A stretch of DNA of 17,437 nucleotides from a bacterium (GCA_021734165.1 JAIPJL010000073.1:1-17437); one strand, 5' to 3'; counted from the stretch's first letter, positions 1 through 8,242 are shown. Notes: generated by a model from the letters alone, not told the origin. A program made the numbers and translations.

Positions 1-150
1 TTGGAAAAAAAAGTGTGGAAATATGGACAGCTGAATTGGCTACGGAAACTCAATGAAACTGTGAAAGAACACAAAATTAATACAAAAAGTGTTACCTATG
101 TGGTGAATACAAGTGTAACCTATGTGTTGAATACATACAAGGGCGTCTGA
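1..150 (+). CDS. Possible 3' end of a plus-strand CDS entering from upstream of the window (49 sense codons, TGA at 148-150); alternatively non-coding
   Basis: Frame 1 from nt 1 is open for 49 codons (LEKKVWKYGQLNWLRKLNETVKEHKINTKSVTYVVNTSVTYVLNTYKGV*) in an AT-rich stretch, while the other two plus frames hit stops within about 11-18 codons. It converges on the flotillin stop (159-161) with an 8-nt gap. It is absent from the supplied ORF track because it is edge-truncated and has no Met. No recognisable family motif. Confidence 0.25.
   Translation: MEKKVWKYGQLNWLRKLNETVKEHKINTKSVTYVVNTSVTYVLNTYKGV
88..135. repeat. Tandem direct repeat, 2 x 24 bp, 22/24 identical (AGTGTTACCTATGTGGTGAATACA / AGTGTAACCTATGTGTTGAATACA)
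   Basis: Read directly: unit 1 is 88-111, unit 2 is 112-135, with two mismatches (T/A and G/T). A partial third start (TACAA) follows at 136-140. If 1-150 is coding, it encodes the repeated peptide SVTYVVNT/SVTYVLNT. Confidence 0.85.
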
Positions 151-158
151 CACCACTA

Positions 159-1613
159 CTACTCTTTCTTTTCTTCGGTCTTCCTTGTTTCCTTCACTTC
201 TTTATTCTTATTAAGCATTTTCTTAATGTCCAGCCCCGACAGCGATTTGATCACATCCGGTAACTGAGCTAATATTTCAGCCACAGGTTTCGTCACGCGT
301 GTAGCGCCCGACTCGCCGTCACCACTGTCAATTACAACCATTTTATCAATACGTGACATCGGCTCGGAAACCGCCCTTGCCAGTTCAGGCAGTTTCTCCA
401 TCAGCATCTGCGTGACCGCGGCTTCATTATAGGACTTGTAAGCGTCTGCCTTGGCAGACATGGCGTCCGCTTCTGCCACACCAAGTTTCCGAGTGTATTC
501 AATACGGCTGATACCGGCGGCTTTCTTGACTTCAACCTCAGCGAGACCCTCTGATGTTTGAGCAGCAGCTCGTCCTTCAGCTTCGGAAGCAAGCCTGAAC
601 TTCTCAGCAGCAGCTTCGGTTTCGATCTGGAACTTACGGGCTTCAGCAGGACGTTTCACGGTAGCTTCAAGCTCGAGTTCACGCCGCTTGATCTCCTGCT
701 CTTCGACCTTGATTGAAGCTTCCTTCTCAACTAGCCTTGCGTCGTATTCAGCGCGTTTTAAGTAGGCAGCCTGCTTGTGGCGTTCGAGGTCATAAGCGGC
801 GTCCGACTTAGCTTTGCGAGTGTTGATGTCGATCTGGAATTCTGCTTTTTTGAGTTCGTAATCCTTGCTTGCGGAAGAAATATCAGTTTCAACCTGGAAG
901 CGTACAACATCACCTTCTTTGCGTGCTATCGCAGATTTGATGATGGTGTCTTTTTCGGTTTCGGCCTGTGCGACGGCAGCATCTCGTTTGACCTGAGCAA
1001 TGCGAGGTTGTCCGAGAGCCTTTAAGTAACCTTGAGTATCTGAAATATCACCAAGGTTAAATGAGATCAGTTCAAGTCCCATCTTTTCAAAATCTGACTG
1101 GGCGTTCTTCCTGACTAAATCTGCAAATCCATCTCTGTTCTGATAGACTTCCTCAACCGTCATTCCACCGATAGCAGAACGGACATAACCTTCCAGAATG
1201 TGGCCAGAGACTTCTTTTATGCCAGAAGAACCACTGCCGAGGAACTGCTCTGCTGCGTTGCGAATGGATTTCTCATTGGAAGCAACTTTGATTTGTGCTG
1301 CTGCTTCAGCAATGATATGAACGCCCTGTTTTGTGAGGACTTCAGGAGTCTTAACAGTGATTGAGTATATTTCTAACGGCAAAACCTGAGCGGATTCGGT
1401 AAACGGCATTACAAAACCACCACCACCTATAAATATACGATAGCCGACCATCTTGGTTTCGCCGTCTTCTTCGATCTTTCTTCTGCGACCACCAGAAATG
1501 ATTAGTACTTCGTTTGGACCAACTTTTCGGTATTGTTTTGCTAATGCGAATATAATTATAGCAATAACAACAACTACGACACCGAGTATTATTAAAAGAC
1601 TTGCTGTATTCAT
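159..1613 (-). CDS. Flotillin-like SPFH/band-7 domain membrane protein (FloT/YqiK-type)
   Basis: 484 aa with an N-terminal hydrophobic anchor (LLIILGVVVVVIAIIIFALA). An SPFH-like core follows (PNEVLIISGG...VKTPEVLTKQGVHIIAEAAAQIKV), then a long E/A/K/R-rich coiled-coil (EAEK-type flotillin repeats) and a charged C-tail. This architecture is typical of bacterial flotillins. Upstream AAGGAA could serve as an SD. Confidence 0.88.
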   Translation of the reverse strand: MNTASLLIILGVVVVVIAIIIFALAKQYRKVGPNEVLIISGGRRRKIEEDGETKMVGYRIFIGGGGFVMPFTESAQVLPLEIYSITVKTPEVLTKQGVHIIAEAAAQIKVASNEKSIRNAAEQFLGSGSSGIKEVSGHILEGYVRSAIGGMTVEEVYQNRDGFADLVRKNAQSDFEKMGLELISFNLGDISDTQGYLKALGQPRIAQVKRDAAVAQAETEKDTIIKSAIARKEGDVVRFQVETDISSASKDYELKKAEFQIDINTRKAKSDAAYDLERHKQAAYLKRAEYDARLVEKEASIKVEEQEIKRRELELEATVKRPAEARKFQIETEAAAEKFRLASEAEGRAAAQTSEGLAEVEVKKAAGISRIEYTRKLGVAEADAMSAKADAYKSYNEAAVTQMLMEKLPELARAVSEPMSRIDKMVVIDSGDGESGATRVTKPVAEILAQLPDVIKSLSGLDIKKMLNKNKEVKETRKTEEKKE

Positions 1614-1683
1614 CAGCGGTATTCCTTGTGAGAACTAAAAAGTTTTAATCTACCTGAAAAAACCTAAATGACACGAGTATATA

Positions 1684-1712
1684 AATATATTACCTGCCTA
1701 ATCCTAATGCAA
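1684..1712 (-). promoter_or_regulatory. Putative sigma70-like promoter for the flotillin gene (-35 TTGCAT, 17-nt spacer, -10 TATATT, read on the minus strand)
   Basis: The minus-strand reading of 1712..1684 is TTGCATtaggattaggcaggtaaTATATT, about 70 nt upstream of the start at 1613. This is a motif match only. Confidence 0.25.
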
Positions 1713-1766
1713 ATATTTTCACAAACTCCCAACCCTACTATGCAAATATGGCAGTGAACTTAAATG

Positions 1767-2222
1767 TTAAAACACATAATGTATCGATCCTTGTGGTAAC
1801 GGCATAAAACTACCATCCCAGGCTGTCATCATAAGATCGAAGGACGTCCAGATTCTCTCGTAACTGCACCAACTGAAACCGAGTCCGATTCCACCAGCAA
1901 ATTTTCCATTTCCCGATTCCACTATTAAAGATCCTCCGAAAGCTCCATACAACGCAGATTGTTTTCCACGATGAAAAACATAAAGCGGTTCCACCGCAAA
2001 ATTGAAGAAGGATTCTTCACCGGAGTTCCAAAATAAAAACGCGCTATGCAAACTTAAACCGTGTTCGGGAAACAGGCGGTAACTGAAACCCCAGCCTCCG
2101 ACCATGCCGGCGCTGAGTCCAAGTCCGTGGAATAAAGGAGTTGTTTCACAGGTGGCATTTTGAGGAAACAGCATAAATAATAATAAAACAATCAGGAAAA
2201 CTGTTATGCATTGTTTTGTCAT
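1767..2222 (-). CDS. Small secreted Gly/aromatic-rich protein, probable small outer-membrane beta-barrel (OmpW/OmpA-barrel-like), hypothetical
   Basis: 151 aa with a signal-peptide-like N-terminus (VFLIVLLLFMLFPQNATC). The mature part has alternating Gly/aromatic beta-strand patterning and ends in ...SIHYVF (terminal Phe beta-signal). It lies 21 nt downstream of the glnS stop on the same strand. Confidence 0.55.
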   Translation of the reverse strand: MTKQCITVFLIVLLLFMLFPQNATCETTPLFHGLGLSAGMVGGWGFSYRLFPEHGLSLHSAFLFWNSGEESFFNFAVEPLYVFHRGKQSALYGAFGGSLIVESGNGKFAGGIGLGFSWCSYERIWTSFDLMMTAWDGSFMPLPQGSIHYVF

Positions 2223-2243
2223 GATAACTCCGATTTGACAAAT

Positions 2244-3926
2244 TTATTTATTTTGCATTCTCAACCATTCATCCTTCAAACCAACAGATCGGTTAAAAAC
2301 GAGTTTATTTGCATTTGAATCCAAATCAACACAGAAATATCCCTGTCGTTCAAACTGGCAGAAGTAGCCTACTGAAACATCCTTCAAACTTGGTTCTAAT
2401 TTACAGGTATTTAGAATTACTCTCGAGCTTTGATTGATATTATCTTTCCAGTTACTTCCCTGCTCTTCTTCCAAAGGGTCTTCCTTACTAAATAAATGAT
2501 CATACAATCGAACCTCTGCATCAATAGCATGCTCGGCGGATACCCAGTGTAGTGTGGCTTTAACTTTGCGTCCGTCAGGAGAATTTCCACCACGGGATGC
2601 AGGATCATAAGTGCAATGAAGCTCGATCACCTCGCCTGTCGTTTCATCTTTGATTACATCCTCACATTTGATGAAATAAGCATACCTGAGGCGAACTTCT
2701 CGTCCTGGAGCCAAACGATAGAACTTCTTCGGTGGATCTTCCATGAAGTCATCACGCTCAATATAAAGTGTCTTTGAGAAAGGCACTTTTCTTATTCCTG
2801 CGGATGCATCCTCAGGATTATTAACAGCTTCCATCTCTTCAGTAAGATCATCAGGGTAGTTATCAATGACAACCTTCAGTGGATTTAATACAGCCATCCT
2901 GCGAGGCGCAGATTTATTCTGTTCTTCACGCAGGCAGTGCTCGAGCATAGCAACATCGACAACACTGTTGCGTTTAGCGACTCCGATCCTGGTCAGAAAA
3001 TTCCGGATTGCGGTTGGAGTAAATCCGCGTCGTCTTAAACCACATAGAGTCGGCATACGCGGGTCATCCCAACCGTCAACATATCTTTCCTCAACAAGCT
3101 CGCGAAGCTTGCGTTTGCTCATTATCGTATGATTCAAATTGAGTCTTGCAAACTCGATTTGCTGCGGGTGGTGTATTTCAAGCTGCTCGATATACCAATC
3201 ATATAAGGGACGGTGATCTTCGAACTCCAGCGAGCATATCGAATGGGTTATGCCTTCTATCGAGTCCGATTGACCGTGAGTGAAATCATAGGTTGGATAG
3301 ATACACCACTTATCACCGCTGCGATGATGTGTCGCATGCAGGATGCGATACATTACCGGATCGCGCATGTTCAGATTGCCGGACGCCATATCGATCTTTG
3401 CTCTCAGAACACGAGTGCCATTTTCAAATTCACCTGACCGCATACGCTTGAACAAGTCGAGGTTTTCATCTATACTACGATCACGGTAAGGACTGTTTAT
3501 GCCGGGTTCTTTAAGTGTGCCTCTGGTATTCCTTATTTCGTCAGCGCTCAAATCGCAAACATAGGCTTTGCCTTTTTTGATCAGATCAATAGCAAATTCG
3601 TAGAGTTTATCAAAATAATCAGAAGCATAGAACAGTCTGTCTTCCCATTCAAAACCCAGCCAGCGGATGTCATTCATTATCGATTCGGCATATTCAGCGC
3701 CTTCTTTAACCGGATTTGTATCGTCAAAGCGCAAATTACACAGTCCGTTAAAATCCTCTGCAAAGCCGAAGTTCATGCAGATGGATTTTGCATGTCCGAT
3801 GTGAAGATAGCCGTTGGGTTCCGGCGGAAAACGTGTGTAAACTTTACCGTCGTTCTTGTTGTTTTTTACATCATCCTTAATAATCTCACGAATGAAATTA
3901 GAAGCGGTTACAGAATCTGATGGCAT
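2244..3926 (-). CDS. glnS: Glutaminyl-tRNA synthetase (class I aaRS)
   Basis: 560 aa with a HIGH motif in a GlnRS-type context ([18 protein letters not shown]) and a KMSKS-type motif (IMSKRKL). The C-terminal anticodon-binding beta-barrel region ([18 protein letters not shown]) is also present. The length matches GlnRS (about 550 aa). An upstream AAGGT SD is present. Confidence 0.93.
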   Translation of the reverse strand: MPSDSVTASNFIREIIKDDVKNNKNDGKVYTRFPPEPNGYLHIGHAKSICMNFGFAEDFNGLCNLRFDDTNPVKEGAEYAESIMNDIRWLGFEWEDRLFYASDYFDKLYEFAIDLIKKGKAYVCDLSADEIRNTRGTLKEPGINSPYRDRSIDENLDLFKRMRSGEFENGTRVLRAKIDMASGNLNMRDPVMYRILHATHHRSGDKWCIYPTYDFTHGQSDSIEGITHSICSLEFEDHRPLYDWYIEQLEIHHPQQIEFARLNLNHTIMSKRKLRELVEERYVDGWDDPRMPTLCGLRRRGFTPTAIRNFLTRIGVAKRNSVVDVAMLEHCLREEQNKSAPRRMAVLNPLKVVIDNYPDDLTEEMEAVNNPEDASAGIRKVPFSKTLYIERDDFMEDPPKKFYRLAPGREVRLRYAYFIKCEDVIKDETTGEVIELHCTYDPASRGGNSPDGRKVKATLHWVSAEHAIDAEVRLYDHLFSKEDPLEEEQGSNWKDNINQSSRVILNTCKLEPSLKDVSVGYFCQFERQGYFCVDLDSNANKLVFNRSVGLKDEWLRMQNK

Positions 3927-3960
3927 CAGAAATTACCTTAATTGTTAAACTGTTTAAATA

Positions 3961-4004
3961 CAAAGACACAAAGACATAATATGCATGATTTTACTGTCTT
4001 TGTG
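3961..4004. promoter_or_regulatory. Inverted repeat (10-bp perfect stem CACAAAGACA / TGTCTTTGTG, 18-nt loop containing ATGCAT) with tandem CAAAGACA CAAAGACA; candidate terminator of the upstream gene or operator in front of glnS
   Basis: Read directly: CAAAGACA at 3961-3968 and 3969-3976; stem arms 3967-3976 and 3995-4004. It lies between the stop of the T9SS-cargo gene (4061) and the glnS start (3926). Only a weak T-tract follows on the minus strand (TCTTTGTATTT). Confidence 0.4.
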
Positions 4005-4060
4005 CCTTGTAAGAATGTCTTAGAAAGCTTTAAGTAATCAACAGATCAAACAGCCGTGAT

Positions 4061-5185
4061 CTATCTCAGGTACACTAATTTTTGAGAGTAGATTTTATTG
4101 TCTGAGATTAATCTGCAATTATAAATCCCATTTGTCAATCCATATTTTACAGCGTCAAGTGATATAGCATTTTTACCAGACTGAAACTCTCCATCTACAA
4201 CACGGGCGATCTCGCGCCCGGTTAAATCGTGAAGCGTCATTAATATATATCCGTTGTGGTCAAGGGTGAACGGTATAGTTACAGATGAATTAAACGGATT
4301 AGGATATGCAGCTTCAAACTGAGTAGAAATGGGTGTTGAAACCAGATCTTTAGGCACGCTTAACAACTCAATAGTGACACTCTCTGACTGTAAAATTTCC
4401 ATATCCCGCCGTTGTACCCATGCAACAACCTGTAAATTTTCAAGTTCGTTATCACACCAGCCGACATTCAGTGGTGATTCGGTTTCATAAGTCCATACGT
4501 AATTGCGGACAATACTAAACCTGATTCCTTCACCGTCTGGATATAAGTCGAGGACATTTCCTGTAAAGCGGTGTTGTCCGCTTTCAGCTTCATATTCAAT
4601 CTCTCTTTCGCAGAGAGCTAAAAACAAAGTTAGATTTGAAATATTCCCATCCGATGTAACATTGACGGTTGTTAGTAATGTATCAGCAAACGCAAAAGCT
4701 TCAATTTCGATCAGAAGAGGTGTCTCAACTTGAAGGCGTTCACCTACGTAATCAATGGTATTTTCAACAATGTTACCTTCATGAAAATCAATTCGATGTC
4801 CATCGTAAAAGAATGATGGGACGCCCATAAACTGATCTCTTTCCATCCAGCCAACACGGGTTACGATATCATCATATTCAGGGAAATGCCTGCAATAGTT
4901 TTCCCAGTACCAGGGATCTCCATTATCAGGCCACCAGGTGTGATACTGGAGGAAAATGAAATTATCAAAGCTCTCTTCAAGTTCATTCTGTACCGGTGGG
5001 ATATATTGCGGGCAGAGCGGGCAACCTGAATTCGCGAATATTTCCACCAGCAGCATTCTGTCATGAGCATAAACACTGACATTCAGAACTGATACTACAA
5101 CCCAGATTGAGATTAGAATCAGGACTGAGTGTCTGACAAGTTTTAAGGTTTTCCTCTGGAACATTTTATGTTTCACTCCACACAA
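4061..5185 (-). CDS. Secreted thioredoxin-like (CxxC) protein with type IX secretion system C-terminal sorting domain
   Basis: 374 aa. The likely true start is Met8 (nt 5164), giving the signal peptide MFQRKTLKLVRHSVLILISIWVVVSVLNVSVYA. A thioredoxin-like active-site context follows (LLVEIFANSGCPLCPQ, compare LVDFWAEWCGPCK). The C-terminal ~80 aa match the Por_Secre_tail pattern (AAYPNPFNSSVTIPFTL...GIYNCRLISDNKIYSQKLVYLR). Confidence 0.75.
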   Translation of the reverse strand: MCGVKHKMFQRKTLKLVRHSVLILISIWVVVSVLNVSVYAHDRMLLVEIFANSGCPLCPQYIPPVQNELEESFDNFIFLQYHTWWPDNGDPWYWENYCRHFPEYDDIVTRVGWMERDQFMGVPSFFYDGHRIDFHEGNIVENTIDYVGERLQVETPLLIEIEAFAFADTLLTTVNVTSDGNISNLTLFLALCEREIEYEAESGQHRFTGNVLDLYPDGEGIRFSIVRNYVWTYETESPLNVGWCDNELENLQVVAWVQRRDMEILQSESVTIELLSVPKDLVSTPISTQFEAAYPNPFNSSVTIPFTLDHNGYILMTLHDLTGREIARVVDGEFQSGKNAISLDAVKYGLTNGIYNCRLISDNKIYSQKLVYLR

Positions 5186-5268
5186 AATATTTGTCTGCTT
5201 GATGCAATACAGGTTGTCTTTCTTTAGTACAACTAATCAGTTAAATTTAATTACATATAGAGCTTCTG

Positions 5269-6432
5269 TCAAGGCTTTCTCTTAAGAACAAGTGTAACTA
5301 TCTCCGGAGTAGCTCCAATTCTTACCGGTGGTCCCCAGGTTCCGACGCCTGTCGTTAGAAGGAATTTCATTGTACCAATTTCACTCAAACCGGTTTTAAC
5401 TCCATAAACAGCTTCGGCAATATATCCTGCAGGCCAGATTTGTCCTCTATGAACGTGACCGGACAGCATTATATCGACCCCTGCTTCCTCAGCTTCTTTA
5501 AGTCTTCTTGGAGTGTGGTGCATGAGGATAATGGGGAGATTCGCGCTTCCCCCTTCTTTCACTAATTTCTTAATTGTCACCTTCTGAGTATTAAAGTCCT
5601 TGTGACCTTCTTCATCTTCGAGTCCAATCAAAACCAGTTTTCCATCAATAACAGTAGTTTGATTCATTAGCAATGTAATTCCCGCTTCATGAAGTAGTTC
5701 ATCAAATTCCTTAACGCCTGCATAAAATTCGTGATTACCGGTAACTGCGAAAGCGCCGTCGGTTGCTTCTATCTGAGAAAGATACTCCGGAGCCCAGGTA
5801 AGATGTGCGCCGGATTCATCGAGGAGGTCACCAACAATCAGAACCAGGTCGGGATACTGCTCATTCACCTGAGCAACGATTCGCTTTAATCGCTTTGGAC
5901 CTACAATCGTTCCAAGATGAGAATCGGAGAACATGAGCACGCGATAGTCTTCGATCTCTTCAGGTAGATTATCCAATTCAACAGTATATTCAGGCATTTT
6001 AGGATATAGGCTGCGGATAAAACCGCCGGTTAGCAGCATAATAATTGTAATCATTGATATTGAAAATATTAATCTACCGGATCTGATTTTATTATCAAGA
6101 ATCCATTGAGGCAGCCATCCGGTTAACGTATCGATTAATTTTACCAGATCGACAAGCAGGCAGATTAGCAGACCGTAAAACATGACCGCCAGCCAGAACG
6201 AGCCTATCCAGACAAAGATTTTGCCTATCGAAGGAGCGAATCCGCTTCCAATTAGAGCGCGCCCTATAGGGAAAGCGAGTATTCCTGTGAACAGAATGAT
6301 GCGCAATACCCATATCCACATTCCAACAGGCGCAGCAGCGTGCATGGTACGTCTGTAAATGTAAAAATTTACACTGACGTAAACTGCAAGTACTATAACG
6401 ATGAAGATTATAAATGTTTTTGTGTTGTCCAT
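5269..6432 (-). CDS. Membrane-anchored calcineurin-like metallophosphoesterase (YkuE/YpbG-like)
   Basis: 387 aa. The N-terminal ~150 aa hold about 5 predicted TM helices. The metallophosphoesterase motifs follow: D-x-H (LMFSDSHLG), GD (LIVGDLLD), GNHE (VTGNHEF) and GH (LSGHVHRG). Confidence 0.85.
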   Translation of the reverse strand: MDNTKTFIIFIVIVLAVYVSVNFYIYRRTMHAAAPVGMWIWVLRIILFTGILAFPIGRALIGSGFAPSIGKIFVWIGSFWLAVMFYGLLICLLVDLVKLIDTLTGWLPQWILDNKIRSGRLIFSISMITIIMLLTGGFIRSLYPKMPEYTVELDNLPEEIEDYRVLMFSDSHLGTIVGPKRLKRIVAQVNEQYPDLVLIVGDLLDESGAHLTWAPEYLSQIEATDGAFAVTGNHEFYAGVKEFDELLHEAGITLLMNQTTVIDGKLVLIGLEDEEGHKDFNTQKVTIKKLVKEGGSANLPIILMHHTPRRLKEAEEAGVDIMLSGHVHRGQIWPAGYIAEAVYGVKTGLSEIGTMKFLLTTGVGTWGPPVRIGATPEIVTLVLKRKP

Positions 6433-6472
6433 TTTCTAAGTTTACAAGTTAATTCTATCAGAAGCATCAGTG

Positions 6473-6496
6473 GCGTCAGGCGTTATCGCCTGACGC
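6473..6496 (-). other. Perfect 10-bp GC-rich stem (GCGTCAGGCG / CGCCTGACGC) with a 4-nt loop, overlapping the TGA stop of the DUF1858 gene and 36 nt upstream of the phosphoesterase start
   Basis: Read directly: arms 6473-6482 and 6487-6496, loop TTAT; the stop codon occupies 6476-6478. No T-tract follows on the transcribed (minus) strand, so this is not a canonical intrinsic terminator. Confidence 0.55.
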
Positions 6497-6691
6497 TTGA
6501 ATCCTATTAACCTTTTTCAGCACATCTTCGATGTCGAGCCCTGCAACTTCAACAGCTTCTTTCAGCGTGCCCCAGATGGGAGCGCCGCACTGAATACAAA
6601 TAACGCCCAATCGTGTCAATGTTCCCACAGCTTCGGGATATTTTTCTACAATATCCTCAACGTACATATCTTCAGTGATTAATGTTTTCAT
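6476..6691 (-). CDS. DUF1858-type small redox-disulfide protein (hybrid-cluster-protein-associated family), CxxC
   Basis: 71 aa: MKTLITEDMYVEDIVEKYPEAVGTLTRLGVICIQCGAPIWGTLKEAVEVAGLDIEDVLKKVN. It has the size, the conserved CxxC in a C-x-Q-C-G context and the flanking pattern of the DUF1858 redox disulfide family. Its start lies 1 nt after the flippase stop, suggesting translational coupling. Confidence 0.7.
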   Translation of the reverse strand: MKTLITEDMYVEDIVEKYPEAVGTLTRLGVICIQCGAPIWGTLKEAVEVAGLDIEDVLKKVNRIQASGDNA

Positions 6692-6692
6692 T

Positions 6693-8201
6693 TTAGTCTT
6701 CCCGTTTGGTTCTCAGATGTGCCAATTCACTCGGTGTAGCTAATCCAGTTACTACGAGTATAAACGGATACAGAAAACAACTAACGTAACTGATCCAGTT
6801 CATTTCGTATTGCTTTCCTATGGCGCTAATCGCATAAATCAATCCTCCTGTTAGCAGGAGATGGAAGATGCGTTTCCATTCCCAGTTAATTGGGTAACGC
6901 TTGTTAATATATACATATAATAGAATAGTCATCGCTGCATAAGCTGCAACCGTCGCCCAGGCTGAAGCCCACATACCGTGCTTTGGAACGAACGCAACAT
7001 TGATGGCAATATTAACCAATGCTGCAGCGCCTGTAATAAACGGCAGAACGTACATTTTCTTTTTAAGATACATCCCCACCATGAAAACAGCGTAAGCTCC
7101 GTTAAATACCTGAGCAAGCAGTACTACAGGGAATATTTTTAATCCTTCCCAGTATTCAGGCGCTATTATATACCCGATGACAGGAAAATTCCAGGTCGCA
7201 ATCGGTTCGACGAAGGCCGTCAGTAAAAGGTATAACCAGAATGTTACCGCCATATAATAGGTAAACACGCGGGCGTAAACTTCCTGAGCATTTGAACTGT
7301 CCGAAATCTGCAGAAAAAACGGTTGCCAGGCATAGCGGAAACCCATTGCGACAATTGATAAAAACAATCCAAGTTTGTAACCGGCTGAATAAATACCTAC
7401 TTCAGCAGTTGATCTTAGCAACGCCAGTATTTTTCTGTCAGCAAGTTCGATAACCTGCACAAAGAGCGAATTAGGCAGATTGGGCAGCCCGAAAGCCAGA
7501 CATGCTATGATAATCGCTTTGTCAAACTTAAGCTTAAGCCTGCTGAAGATGGTGGGAAGACAGATGATTAACGTCACAGCAGCAGATATGGCATTCGCCT
7601 CAAATATGCCCTGCACACCGCGTCCCATCCAGACCAGAAATACTAAAGTCAAACCTGTCTGGACGATCACACCGGTGAGTTTGGCAAAGAGAAAAAGCCC
7701 GGGCTTGTTTTCACCACGCATAATCACCAGTGGAAATGCCGACATATTGTCAAGCCAGACGATTATAGCGCAAAGATGCAGTGTAACAATTGTCCATTCA
7801 GGGAAGGGAGCTTCATAACCAACAAACAACTCAACCCAGAATCCGTCCCAATACCAGATTGCGCCCGCGATAGCGGTTGAAAAGAACAGCATCCCCCAGA
7901 ATATCGTACTGAAAATAGCTTTGCGTTGTTCGCTGATCTTCTCAAGGACGTAATAGCGCAGTAACGCAATATCCTGACCGAGCCGGACGATCTCCATCAT
8001 GACGGCAATCAGGATGTAGAACAGCGTCTGCTCACCGAACTGCTCCGGAGGCAGATAGTGAGTGAAAAACGGCAGGAGCAGAAACCACACTAGCCGGGTC
8101 ACAACATGACCCACACCGTAAACGAGGGTTTGTCCTGAAAGTCTTTTTATTGCGTTGAACAATTTATAGTTTTTGCTAATTCTTAACAGTAGAACAAACA
8201 T
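6693..8201 (-). CDS. MOP-superfamily oligosaccharide/polysaccharide flippase (Wzx/RfbX-like 'polysaccharide biosynthesis protein')
   Basis: 502 aa, very hydrophobic, with about 12-14 predicted TM helices. The N-terminus has the Wzx-family pattern (KNYKLFNAIKRLSGQTLVYGVGHVVTRLVWFLLLPFFTHYL). It lacks the MurJ N-terminal signature. Confidence 0.78.
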   Translation of the reverse strand: MFVLLLRISKNYKLFNAIKRLSGQTLVYGVGHVVTRLVWFLLLPFFTHYLPPEQFGEQTLFYILIAVMMEIVRLGQDIALLRYYVLEKISEQRKAIFSTIFWGMLFFSTAIAGAIWYWDGFWVELFVGYEAPFPEWTIVTLHLCAIIVWLDNMSAFPLVIMRGENKPGLFLFAKLTGVIVQTGLTLVFLVWMGRGVQGIFEANAISAAVTLIICLPTIFSRLKLKFDKAIIIACLAFGLPNLPNSLFVQVIELADRKILALLRSTAEVGIYSAGYKLGLFLSIVAMGFRYAWQPFFLQISDSSNAQEVYARVFTYYMAVTFWLYLLLTAFVEPIATWNFPVIGYIIAPEYWEGLKIFPVVLLAQVFNGAYAVFMVGMYLKKKMYVLPFITGAAALVNIAINVAFVPKHGMWASAWATVAAYAAMTILLYVYINKRYPINWEWKRIFHLLLTGGLIYAISAIGKQYEMNWISYVSCFLYPFILVVTGLATPSELAHLRTKRED

Positions 8202-8242
8202 TCTTGTTTGTCAATCAAATTATATGGAATGTGCCTTTCAAT

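Noticed and set aside
88-135. Possible CRISPR array, suggested by the 24-bp direct repeats
   Set aside because: Only two immediately adjacent units with no intervening spacers, no further copies in the window and no cas genes. It is a simple tandem duplication.
401-1025. Nested or antisense ORFs inside the flotillin gene (401..592 -, 777..1025 +), and similar small ORFs inside glnS, the T9SS cargo gene, the phosphoesterase, the flippase, hisS, the lipoprotein gene, the cyclase and the AI-2E gene
   Set aside because: All lie within long, well-supported CDSs in other frames. They have low-complexity or Arg/Ser-rich composition typical of out-of-frame translation, with no motifs. Treated as spurious.
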